Source: Chlamydiota bacterium (GTDB lineage Bacteria; Auribacterota; Tritonobacteria; UBA1439). From it: a DNA stretch of 16,827 nucleotides. Of the stretch, positions 1 to 8,290 are shown piece after piece. A program made the translations under genes and the position numbers. Numbering within the stretch: the first letter of the stretch is position 1; each line of letters opens with the position of its first letter. Where the stretch lies: positions 1-16,827 of the forward strand of contig JBAXOY010000067.1 of NCBI GenBank assembly GCA_037133055.1. The letters run 5' to 3'. The notes beneath the pieces were generated by a model. That model ran no database searches. It saw nothing but the letters and a program-made list of their open reading frames with translations, and was not told the origin of the DNA.

Positions 1-1
1 G

Positions 2-25
2 TACGCCTTCGGCCTCGCGCCTTGA
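2..25 (+). CDS. Possible 3' end of an upstream gene (...YAFGLAP*), truncated by the window edge
   Basis: Frame 2 reads tac gcc ttc ggc ctc gcg cct tga with host-like GC3 codons. 'YAFG' resembles the end of PQQ/beta-propeller repeat proteins, but 7 codons cannot establish this. Confidence 0.3.
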   Translation, partial: YAFGLAP

Positions 26-161
26 TCCGCTCGCACCCGACAGGCGGCGCGGCAGAGCCCATTACTCGGACAGGCTCCTCGCTGGAGAGAATACCGCACC
101 GAGGGACACGAACACAACACCTAATCCCGCGCCTAATACCGCGCCCCCGGCGCGGGAAATA

Positions 162-170
162 TGCTATAGT
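162..170 (+). promoter_or_regulatory. Putative extended -10 sigma70-type promoter (TGcTATAGT) for the + strand unit
   Basis: TG-n-TATAGT at 162-170 sits in an AT-rich spot about 40 nt upstream of ATG 212. No recognisable -35 is present, as expected for extended -10 promoters. Confidence 0.5.
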
Positions 171-211
171 GGCGGCGGTTTGTCCGACCGCCCCGCCCCG
201 GGGAGAACCCG

Positions 212-2500
212 ATGTCCGCGCCTGATGCCGCACAGGGCTCACGGGATCGTCTGCGGGCGCGCCTCTTCCGCGGCGCCGCTCTGTGCGCGGTGCTCTGCCT
301 CGCCGCCGCGCTCCGCTTCTACGGCAGCCCCCTCTACCACCCCGATGAGCATCTCGTCGTCGTTCAGGCGTTCTATATGCCGCGATACAAGTTCGAGCCG
401 ACAAACTTCAACTATCCCTCCTTTTACCCCACCCTCCTCGCGGCGGTCTACAAGTATCTGCCGTCATTTGGAAAAGGGATAATCGGCACAAGGATCTATC
501 CCGAAGATGTGATCGGACGCACCCCGTTCTATCAACTGCAGGCGCGCTTTATTACCGCGATCCTGGGGACGTGCACGGTGTTTCTGGTGTATCTTATCGG
601 CCGGTCCCTGGGATGGCCTTACGCCGGATTGGCAGGGGCCGCCCTCCTCGCCGTGTCGCTGAACCACGTCGAGAACTCCCACTACGCCACCGTGGACGTC
701 CCGATGGCGTTCAACGCGACGGTCGCGTTCCTTTTCGCCTGTCTCCACTACCGGCGCGGGGGCGCCGCATGGGCGCTGCTCGGCGGCATCTTCTGCGGGC
801 TCGCGATCGGCACGAAGTACAACGGCGCCCTCATCCTCGCGCCGTTTTTCCTCTGCCTCGCCGCCGTCGCCGTCCGGCGCGGGGGCCTCCGCGGCGCGCT
901 CGGGGCGCTCGCCGGCGTCGCCGCCGTCCCGTACGGCTTCCTCCTCGCCTGCCCGTACTTCCTCTCGATGCACGCGAAGTACCTCGATGAGCTCCGCTCC
1001 CAGATTCACATCTACGCCGGGGGGTTCCCCGCCTACGACGACACCGTGGGTTTCCCGAACTGGCTCTGGAACGCCCTCTATCTCGCCCGGTCCGGGATGG
1101 GGCTCCTCCCCGCCCTCCTCGCCCTCGCGGGCTGCGCGATGCTGCTCCTCTCCGGGGGGATCGCGGGGTGGATCGCCGCGTGTTTTCCCGTCCTCTACTA
1201 TGCCTATATCTCCCACCAGGCGGTCCGCATCACCCGAAACCTCGCTGTCCTCATCCCCTTTCTCTGCCTCGCGGCGGGGTACGCGCTCTGGCGGGCGGGA
1301 AGCCGCGTCCGGCGGGGGCGCGGCGGTGCGGCGGGGGCCTCGATCCTCGTCGCCGCGGCACTCGCGCAGCCGCTCGTTCTCTCGTGCCGCTACGCCCTCA
1401 TGATGGGCCGTCCCGATCCCCGCGAAATGGCGTTGGAGTGGGCGCGGACGCATATGCCCCGCGGCAGCAAGGTTGCGGTGGACTTCATGTATGGACCGCA
1501 GTTCCCCGCGGATACCTACGCGCTGACTACGCAGGATCTCGGCGGGAGGCTTCTCTCATGGTATCTCGATCAGGGATACGACTACATCGTCACGAGCTCG
1601 GGGTTCTACGCCCACTGGTGCCCCGCCGCAAACCCCGCCCTCGCGGCGATCTATCCCGAGCTCGAGAGGGACTTCGCCCGCGTGGCCGTCTTCCCCGGTA
1701 ACGAGCTCGGGATCAGCCAGGCGGACTACGCGGTCTCCACGAGACCCGACATCGCCGTCTACGACCTCCGCCTTCCCCGCTATGCCGCGGCGCGGATCAC
1801 GGAGCCGGCCGGGGGGAGCGCCGTCTCGAGACCCGCCTGCCGGGTCAGGTGGACCTATGCCGACGACTCCGGCGGCGGCCCCCAGTCGGCGTACCACCTG
1901 CGCGCCGAGAGGAAGCGGGCGGGGACGATCTTCGCGGAAGGAGAGGACCTCCTCGCCCGCCGGGGGGGCCTGGGCGGATGGTCCCGGCAGTCCCACATCC
2001 CGGGCTATTCGGGCGGCGGGTTTATCGCCGCCTCCCGGAACGCACCCCCCTTCCGCGGATCCATCCGGGTCGAGGAGGGCGGAACCTACACCCTCTGGGC
2101 GCACCAGGACTGCGGCATGGGCGGGAGAACGAGCATCACCCTCGGGGGGATCACCGCGCAGATGAAGGAGCGCTATCCCAACGACTGGCTCTGGGAGCGC
2201 CTGGGCGCGTGCGCGCTCGGGGAGGGGGAGCAGACGCTCGTGATCGATCACGCCGGCGAGGGCCAAACCGTCATCGACTCCCTGGTCCTCGCCGCGGATC
2301 CGTCGTTCGACCCCGCACGCGACGGCGCGTGGGTGGTCGCGCTCGACACCGGAGAGGTGGTCTCGCCGGAAACGGAGTCGTCCCCGTCGCTCTTCTCCGA
2401 CATGGATCCGGGGGAGTATCGCGTGAGGATCAGGGCACGGACCGCGCGGGGGCGGTGGGGAATATGGTCCGCGCCGGTGACGTTCCGCCTCGTCCCGTAG
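212..2500 (+). CDS. GT-C fold membrane glycosyltransferase (PMT_2/ArnT-like, GT39/GT83-like) with C-terminal extracytoplasmic Fn3/Ig-like and CBM-like domains
   Basis: 762 aa with GGAG SD before the ATG. TM1 is followed by LRF...HPDE (acidic catalytic-loop motif). Further motifs are ARFITAILG-TVFLVYLIGR, HVENSHYATVDVPM, GLAIGTKYN, several more TM helices, DPREMALEWARTHMPRGSKV and GYDYIV. The C-terminal ~240 aa are soluble and beta-rich. Confidence 0.88.
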   Translation: MSAPDAAQGSRDRLRARLFRGAALCAVLCLAAALRFYGSPLYHPDEHLVVVQAFYMPRYKFEPTNFNYPSFYPTLLAAVYKYLPSFGKGIIGTRIYPEDVIGRTPFYQLQARFITAILGTCTVFLVYLIGRSLGWPYAGLAGAALLAVSLNHVENSHYATVDVPMAFNATVAFLFACLHYRRGGAAWALLGGIFCGLAIGTKYNGALILAPFFLCLAAVAVRRGGLRGALGALAGVAAVPYGFLLACPYFLSMHAKYLDELRSQIHIYAGGFPAYDDTVGFPNWLWNALYLARSGMGLLPALLALAGCAMLLLSGGIAGWIAACFPVLYYAYISHQAVRITRNLAVLIPFLCLAAGYALWRAGSRVRRGRGGAAGASILVAAALAQPLVLSCRYALMMGRPDPREMALEWARTHMPRGSKVAVDFMYGPQFPADTYALTTQDLGGRLLSWYLDQGYDYIVTSSGFYAHWCPAANPALAAIYPELERDFARVAVFPGNELGISQADYAVSTRPDIAVYDLRLPRYAAARITEPAGGSAVSRPACRVRWTYADDSGGGPQSAYHLRAERKRAGTIFAEGEDLLARRGGLGGWSRQSHIPGYSGGGFIAASRNAPPFRGSIRVEEGGTYTLWAHQDCGMGGRTSITLGGITAQMKERYPNDWLWERLGACALGEGEQTLVIDHAGEGQTVIDSLVLAADPSFDPARDGAWVVALDTGEVVSPETESSPSLFSDMDPGEYRVRIRARTARGRWGIWSAPVTFRLVP

Positions 2501-2597
2501 CCGCGGTCCGATGTGGACCCGCGGGCGGAAAAGCCCGGGACTCCGCCGGGGATGCAGGGGCCCAACTGATTCTTGCATTCCGCAAGGGGGGATTCAG

Positions 2598-4055
2598 ATG
2601 GCACGATTCCAGTTCATACAGGAGATCGCGCTGGAATATATCGGGGTGGAATACCTGTCGGCGGTCCTCAAACGGGCGGGGCACCATGTCGATGTGGTCG
2701 TGGGGACCGACGATCGGAGGATCCTGCGGGAGGTCGGGGCCCATCTCCCCGACGCGGTGTGCTTTTCCGCCATAACGGGGTCGCACCACTGGTGCCTCCG
2801 GACAGCGGGCCTGATCAAGGCCGCATTCCCGTCCGTCCGCGTCATCTTCGGCGGAGGGCACCCTACGTTCTTTCCCGAGATGATCCGGCACCCGTCCGTG
2901 GACATGATCGTGCGGGGGGAGGCGGAGGGGGCGATCCTGGATATCGCCCGCTGCATCGATGATCGGACCGATTGCCGGGGGGTGCCGAATGTCTGGTCCA
3001 AGTCCGGAGAGCGCATCGTCGAAAACCCCGTGCGCCCCTACCTCACGGACGAAGAATTGGACCTGGCGCCCTTTGCGGACCGCGCGCTGTACTGCGACAA
3101 GTATCCATACCTCGCGCGGGTTTCGGTCAAGGCCTTCCTCGGTCAGCGGGGATGCCCGTACAGCTGCAACTTCTGCCTCAACGACAAACTCAAGGAACTG
3201 TACCGGGGGAAGGGGCCGCATGTCAGGCGCAGGTCCCCGGGCAACCTCATTTCGGAGATCGCGGAGGTGTGCGCGCGGTACCCCGTGCGGACGGTCCATC
3301 TGTACGACGAGATCTTCAACACGAGCCCGGACTGGTGCATGGCCGTCATGGACGAGTACCGGCGGCGCGTCAGGCGCCCCTACTATTGCCTGGTCAGGGC
3401 GGACCTCATGACCCGGGAGATCGCGGCGAAACTCGGGGAGAGCGGATGCGCCGGGGTATGGATGGGGGTGGAGACCGGCGACGAGGAGCTGCGCCTGAAA
3501 GTGCTGGGGAAAAGGTTACCCGACGAGAAGATCATCGCCGCGGCGCGCCTGCTCCACGAGGCGGGCATTCCGTTCAGGGCGTTCTGCCTCATCGGCCTTC
3601 CCGATGAGACGCTGGACAGCGCCCTGAAAACCATAGAGTTCTGCATACGGATCAAAACCGACTATCCGTGGTGCTCCATCTATCAGCCGTATTCAAACAC
3701 CGGGCTGGTGGACTACTGCATCCGGAAGGGGTATCTCCCCGCGGACTTTTCGGTGGACAGGATAGAAAGCAGTTACTACCACGACTCGATCCTGCGGCTT
3801 CCGGACCGGCGGGCGCTGATGAGCCTGCACAAGTTTTTCCAGACGGCGGTGCTCTTCCCCCCCTCGCTCCCGCTCATCAGGCGGTTGATCAAAATCCCCC
3901 CGAACCCGCTCTTCACGCTGTGGTTCGGCGCGGTGTATTTTGTCACCTATATCCGCTCCGAGGGCCGTTCCCTGCGGGACGCCTTCGTATTTGCGCTTCG
4001 CTACGCGGGGATATTTTTCGGAGGAGCGGGGCGCAGATCGAAACGCGCCGGTTGA
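2598..4055 (+). CDS. Cobalamin (B12)-binding domain radical SAM protein (class B methyltransferase/BchE-like)
   Basis: Likely start is ATG 2598 (MARFQFIQ...) after an AAGGGGGGA SD, not 2511. N-terminal B12-binding motifs are GVEYLSAVLKRAGH, IFGGGHPTF and DMIVRGEAE. The CxxxCxxC motif is RGCPYSCNFC. TIM-barrel motifs include YDEIF, GVETGDE, LIGLPDET and YQPYSNT. Confidence 0.92.
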   Translation: MARFQFIQEIALEYIGVEYLSAVLKRAGHHVDVVVGTDDRRILREVGAHLPDAVCFSAITGSHHWCLRTAGLIKAAFPSVRVIFGGGHPTFFPEMIRHPSVDMIVRGEAEGAILDIARCIDDRTDCRGVPNVWSKSGERIVENPVRPYLTDEELDLAPFADRALYCDKYPYLARVSVKAFLGQRGCPYSCNFCLNDKLKELYRGKGPHVRRRSPGNLISEIAEVCARYPVRTVHLYDEIFNTSPDWCMAVMDEYRRRVRRPYYCLVRADLMTREIAAKLGESGCAGVWMGVETGDEELRLKVLGKRLPDEKIIAAARLLHEAGIPFRAFCLIGLPDETLDSALKTIEFCIRIKTDYPWCSIYQPYSNTGLVDYCIRKGYLPADFSVDRIESSYYHDSILRLPDRRALMSLHKFFQTAVLFPPSLPLIRRLIKIPPNPLFTLWFGAVYFVTYIRSEGRSLRDAFVFALRYAGIFFGGAGRRSKRAG

Positions 4056-4119
4056 ATCGGGCAGGCGGTTCTCCGGCGCGAAACGGCGCATGGACATCCC
4101 GCGGGCGACGCCCCGCCCG
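4044..4119. terminator. GC-rich hairpins at the convergent junction (possible weak bidirectional terminator)
   Basis: Inverted repeats cgcgccgg (4044-4051)/ccggcgcg (4073-4080) and cgggcg (4102-4107)/cgcccg (4114-4119) lie at the junction of the convergent stop codons. There is no convincing U-tract. Confidence 0.25.
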
Positions 4120-4122
4120 GGC

Positions 4123-5271
4123 CTATGCCCGCCTCCTGATCTGGAGCACGCTCAGAAAAAACGAGGAGAAGAAGATGCCGGCCCCGAGGATGATGAGGGA
4201 CATCGCGAAGATGGCGGGGCCGAGGGTCTCCACATTCGCCGTATCGACGAGCTTCCTGTACACGAGATAGAGGTTGATGACGAGCCCCGCGAGGAAGACG
4301 ATCCCGCCGGACACGATCCCGCGTTCGAGGCTGACGTACCGGTTTAAAAACTTCGTGAAGGCATCATCCGCCCCGAAATTCTCCGCCATCGAGTAGACCT
4401 TCGCGTAGGCCCCCAGGGCGATTGTCTGGAAGCCGAGTATCGAGAGCAGGGCCCCCAGGACGCTGAAGTGGAAGCCGATGAGCCTGCCGCCGATGTGCAC
4501 CTCGCCGCCCAGAAGCAGGAGCATGAGCCCGAACCCCGTCGCCAGCATCGCGATGCCGGGGATCAGGAAGAGCCAGTTGGGGCAATAGAGCAGCATGAAT
4601 CGAAGATTCCGCCACCCCGCGTACATCGGCCGCAGCTTCGTTTCCCCGCCGCGCGCATAATAGGTGATCGGCACCTCCGCCGTCCGGAGGCCGAGCCGTT
4701 CCGCCTTCACGACCATCTCGAGGGCGTATTCCCAGTCTTTCGTATGAAGGTTGAGGCGCCGGTACGCCTCGCGGGTAATCGCCCGCATGCCGCAGTTCGT
4801 GTCGGAAACGCGCGTGCCGAAGAAAAGCCGCATGATCTTGTAGATCATCGGGTTCCCGAGGTACCGGTTGAGGAACGGCATCGATCCCGGCATCATCGTC
4901 CCCCGGTAGCGCGAGCCCATCACAAAATCGTTCCCCTCCCCGAGGAGGTCGACGAACCGGCCGATCTCCCGGAAGTCGTGCGTCCCGTCCGGGTCGCCCA
5001 TCACGAGATACCGGCCCCGCGCCTCGTCGAACCCCCTGAGGTACGCGTTCCCGTACCCCCGCTCGGGCTGGTTGATCACGCGCGCGCCCTCCCGGAGGGC
5101 TATCTCGCGCGAGCGGTCGGTGGAATCGCTGTCCACCACGAGGATCTCGCCCCTGACGCCCATTCCGGCCATCGCCTCTTTCGCCTGCCGTATGCTCTCC
5201 CCTATCGTCTCCTCTTCGTTCAGGCAGGGCATGATCACTGAGAGATCGATCTCGCCGCCCGTTCGATTCAT
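4123..5271 (-). CDS. GT2 family polyprenol-phosphate glycosyltransferase (DPM1-like) with C-terminal multi-TM domain
   Basis: 382 aa. Motifs are LSVIMPCLNEE, ILVVDSDSTDRS, GYGNAYLRG, DxD (GDPDGTHD), FVMGSR, SDTNCGMRA and EVPITY, followed by ~4 hydrophobic helices. AGGAG SD is present, and the ATGA start overlaps the methyltransferase stop. Confidence 0.92.
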   Translation of the reverse strand: MNRTGGEIDLSVIMPCLNEEETIGESIRQAKEAMAGMGVRGEILVVDSDSTDRSREIALREGARVINQPERGYGNAYLRGFDEARGRYLVMGDPDGTHDFREIGRFVDLLGEGNDFVMGSRYRGTMMPGSMPFLNRYLGNPMIYKIMRLFFGTRVSDTNCGMRAITREAYRRLNLHTKDWEYALEMVVKAERLGLRTAEVPITYYARGGETKLRPMYAGWRNLRFMLLYCPNWLFLIPGIAMLATGFGLMLLLLGGEVHIGGRLIGFHFSVLGALLSILGFQTIALGAYAKVYSMAENFGADDAFTKFLNRYVSLERGIVSGGIVFLAGLVINLYLVYRKLVDTANVETLGPAIFAMSLIILGAGIFFSSFFLSVLQIRRRA

Positions 5272-5954
5272 CCCCGTTCTCCTGTTGCGATCTCACGCCG
5301 CCGCGCGCACCCCCCCGAAGGGGACACCCGCAGGCGGGCGGCGAAATGCAGCCCCCCCTCGAAGACCCATGAAAACGGGGGGGGCAGGAGGCCGAGCCGC
5401 TCGCAGGACGCTTCGGGGCGGAGTCCCGTCTCCCGGAAGATACGGTCCCACCCGGCCCGGGAGAGATAGCGGTAGGGCATGCTGATCCCCTCGGCCCTGT
5501 TTCCCCCCCAGTCCATCACGCGCAGGCGCAGCTCGTCCCACCGCGACTCGCACAGGTGGTCCTTCACGACGATGAGGCCGCGGGAGACCCTGCGGCACTC
5601 CCGGAGCAGCGCGGCCGGGTCGCCGGCGTGGTGCAGCACGTCCGCGATCATCGCGAAGTCGAACGACGCGTCCCCGAACGGGAGGCGCGCCCCGTTGAAC
5701 TCCGCGACCGGAATCACCGCGTCCGGCCTGACGACAACGTCGGCGCCGGAGATCTCGAGCGTCGGGCGGCGCTCCATCATCAGGCGCGCCAGCCGTCCGC
5801 TTCCGCACCCGACGTCCACCCCCTTCAGGTGCCCCCCGTCCGGCAGGAGCCGCAGCAGCCCCCCGGAGAGCGCCTCAAGGTGCCGCCTGAGGATAAGCGA
5901 GGCGTGGAGGGGCTTCACGACCCTCCGGGCGAACAGGTCCGCGCCGGGCACCAT
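5268..5954 (-). CDS. Class I SAM-dependent methyltransferase (Methyltransf_11/25-like)
   Basis: 228 aa with motif I VDVGCGSG, then GADV, LPFGDASFD, VLHH and LLRECRRV. GGAGG SD lies upstream of ATG 5954. Confidence 0.92.
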   Translation of the reverse strand: MVPGADLFARRVVKPLHASLILRRHLEALSGGLLRLLPDGGHLKGVDVGCGSGRLARLMMERRPTLEISGADVVVRPDAVIPVAEFNGARLPFGDASFDFAMIADVLHHAGDPAALLRECRRVSRGLIVVKDHLCESRWDELRLRVMDWGGNRAEGISMPYRYLSRAGWDRIFRETGLRPEASCERLGLLPPPFSWVFEGGLHFAARLRVSPSGGCARRREIATGERG

Positions 5955-5988
5955 CGCCGCCCCTCCCCTTCCGGCCCCGCCGGCCCGC

Positions 5989-8286
5989 TCACGTATAGTT
6001 CCGTATCTCCATCCGCTTCACCATGGCGCGGTACAGGGCCCTCCCCGGGAAGGCGGCGATCACCCTCCGGTTCTCCGCGTCGCCCCTATCCCGCGCGACG
6101 ATGATGTCCGAGTCGAGGAACGGGGAGTTCAGGGTGAAAAGCGCCCCGTAGTACCACCAGTCGGGCTCACGGTCCTCGACGAAGATGACGGCGTGGTGGA
6201 TCCCTTGCGATCGGACCTTCTCGATCATCGCCCCCGAGATATAGTTGAACCCCTTCATGCCGTAGATGTTCGGGGGCATGAAGGCGAAGTCGAAGAGCGC
6301 GTCCGACCGCGAGAGCCACTTCTGCTGGGCGCCGAAGACGAGCATCGCGGGGAGGGCGAGGAACACCGCGTGCGCGAGCCACGACAGCACCCGCGCCCGA
6401 AGCGGGAAGGAGCGGGCGCACGCCGCGATCCCGTCCTCAAAGAGCCGGCGCGCGGAGTCCCATCCGCAGGCGGACATGATGACGAACAGGGGAAAGACCT
6501 CGTACATGAAGCGCGGCCCGTACATGTGCCCCGGGGACGCCATGAGGGTGTAAAACAGGTTCGCGCCGGTCACGCCGGCGAGGAGAAGCAGCAGGTAGAC
6601 GTTCTCCGCCTTCTTCTTCGCGCAAAGGACGAACGCGAGGAAGAAGGCGGAGGTGTACACCGGGGGCCAGCCGAACACGACCATCACGAACAGGGTGAGC
6701 GAGGCGTAGTAGTGGCTGAGCGCGAGGCCGAGCGGGTTCCTGTCGCCGAAGAAACCGGCGTCGTTGCCGACGAGCCGGTAGGGAATGTCGAACGCGTTCC
6801 CCATGACCGCGTAGTTACCGTACAGGAAGAAGGCGAGCAGCAGGAGCGCGCCCGCGGAGAAGGCGAAGAGGGCGCGAAGGCGGACCCGGCGCGCCAGCAC
6901 GTAGTACAGGAACATACCACCGGTGAGGGCGAGGGCGGGTATGGCGTGCAGCGGGCGCGTGTTGAAGAGCGCGCCGAGGGCGACCCCGGAGAGGAACCCG
7001 TACAGCGCCTGCCGCGACGGGCGCGGGGCGCGGGGCGCCTTGACGAGGAACAGGACGCCGAGGGCGAGATAGAACGACGCCGAGTTGTGCGACATGAAGT
7101 TCGAGGCATTGATCTGGAAGAACGGGGATGAAAGGGCGAGGAGGGCGCTCAGGGCGGCCGTCTCGCGCGAGAAGAGCTCCCGCGCGATCAGGTATATCAG
7201 GACTAGCACGGACGCCCCCACGAGGGGCGGGATGATCCACGGCCTGTGCAGCAGGTGCCCGAACATGAGCAGAAACGGGTGCCCCCACGGATACTGCCCG
7301 AACCATTTGCCGTCCTTCACGATGAGGAAATCGAAGCCGAACGCTTCCGGGACGGGCGGCGCGGGGGAATAGAGCGCCCCCCGTGCGAGCGTCCTGGCCT
7401 GGAAGTTGTAGACCACCGAGTCCTGGACGTGCGGTATCCCGTCGAGAAGGGAGCGGGTGATCCATGAGAGGTAGACGAATCCCCCTGCAAAGAGCACGTA
7501 GAGGAAGAGCAGTTCGAACGCACCGCGGGGCACCTTGAAATGCGCCGCGACGAAGCCGATGAGCCGGCCCGCCGCGGCGAGCGCGACGACGGCCAACGCG
7601 CACCAGGGGAACCAGTGGAGAAAGACGAGGAGGATGTTTTTCGCCTCCGCGGTCACGGCGTAGTACGGCCTTTCGCCGGCGATGTTCCTCCGCGCGCCGC
7701 CGGTCACGAAGGTGATGCCGGAGTCGAGCTCACGGAACGGGCGCAGGAAGAAGACGGCGTGGTTCGCGGGGTCGCGGTAACGCACCGCGACCTCCATCGC
7801 CGTGGGGTTCCGCACCCTGAGCTCGAGGGTGTAATCCTTCCAGTCCCGGGAGCCGGTGCAGAGACGCACGGGCCTCGCCCGGTCGCAGCGGAGCCCCTCG
7901 CCGGACGGCGCACAGGACCCGGGCCGCTCCGCCCACGCGTCGGAGAGCGGTTTCCTGAAATCCTGCGTCAGGAGGAGCGCATGCGAGGCGTTGTCGGTCA
8001 CCCGCGCCGACTGAAGCGTCTGCGGGACGGGGAATCCCCAGTGATGCTCCCGATCGTACCAGACGCCGACCCCGCCCTCCGTCGGGAGGCCCGCGTCGCG
8101 TCCCTCGACGATGAGCCTCCCGTCGAGGAAGACCGTGATCTTGTCCCCCGAGGCGACGATGCGGATCAGGCTGCTCCCGCCGCGCTCGCACCAGAGCCAC
8201 AGCGCGCACAGGACGAGGAACGAGACGGCGACCCCCGCCCATCTCCAACGCCGCGCCGCGGTCCCGTCAGCCCTCCCGGTTTCCAT
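5989..8286 (-). CDS. GT-C fold membrane glycosyltransferase (ArnT/PMT_2-like) with an N-terminal extracytoplasmic ConA/DUF1080-like beta-sandwich
   Basis: Likely start is ATG 8286 (METGRAD...), 4 nt after the upstream stop at 8291. The layout is TM, a ~165-aa soluble domain, then the GT-C core: PHVQDSVVYNFQA, WFGQYPWGHP, LIYLIAREL, SPFF...FMSH, FNTRP, GPRFMYE. The C-terminal soluble tail reads HAVIFV...NSPFLDSDIIVARDRG. Confidence 0.85.
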   Translation of the reverse strand: METGRADGTAARRWRWAGVAVSFLVLCALWLWCERGGSSLIRIVASGDKITVFLDGRLIVEGRDAGLPTEGGVGVWYDREHHWGFPVPQTLQSARVTDNASHALLLTQDFRKPLSDAWAERPGSCAPSGEGLRCDRARPVRLCTGSRDWKDYTLELRVRNPTAMEVAVRYRDPANHAVFFLRPFRELDSGITFVTGGARRNIAGERPYYAVTAEAKNILLVFLHWFPWCALAVVALAAAGRLIGFVAAHFKVPRGAFELLFLYVLFAGGFVYLSWITRSLLDGIPHVQDSVVYNFQARTLARGALYSPAPPVPEAFGFDFLIVKDGKWFGQYPWGHPFLLMFGHLLHRPWIIPPLVGASVLVLIYLIARELFSRETAALSALLALSSPFFQINASNFMSHNSASFYLALGVLFLVKAPRAPRPSRQALYGFLSGVALGALFNTRPLHAIPALALTGGMFLYYVLARRVRLRALFAFSAGALLLLAFFLYGNYAVMGNAFDIPYRLVGNDAGFFGDRNPLGLALSHYYASLTLFVMVVFGWPPVYTSAFFLAFVLCAKKKAENVYLLLLLAGVTGANLFYTLMASPGHMYGPRFMYEVFPLFVIMSACGWDSARRLFEDGIAACARSFPLRARVLSWLAHAVFLALPAMLVFGAQQKWLSRSDALFDFAFMPPNIYGMKGFNYISGAMIEKVRSQGIHHAVIFVEDREPDWWYYGALFTLNSPFLDSDIIVARDRGDAENRRVIAAFPGRALYRAMVKRMEIRNYT

Positions 8287-8290
8287 GCGG

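Noticed and set aside
22..482. Short ORFs 22-225 and 180-482
   Set aside because: They have no motifs, and they overlap the promoter region and the GT-C gene in other frames.
2511..2597. Upstream start for the radical SAM gene; also the 8287-8349 and 16491-16514 extensions
   Set aside because: The extensions look non-homologous. ATG 2598 has an SD, ATG 8286 follows the upstream stop directly, and ATG 16490 begins the first TM segment that matches the paralog.
2501..2597. Cobalamin riboswitch ahead of the B12 radical SAM gene
   Set aside because: The intergenic space is under 100 nt and no recognisable B12-box or conserved core could be identified by eye.
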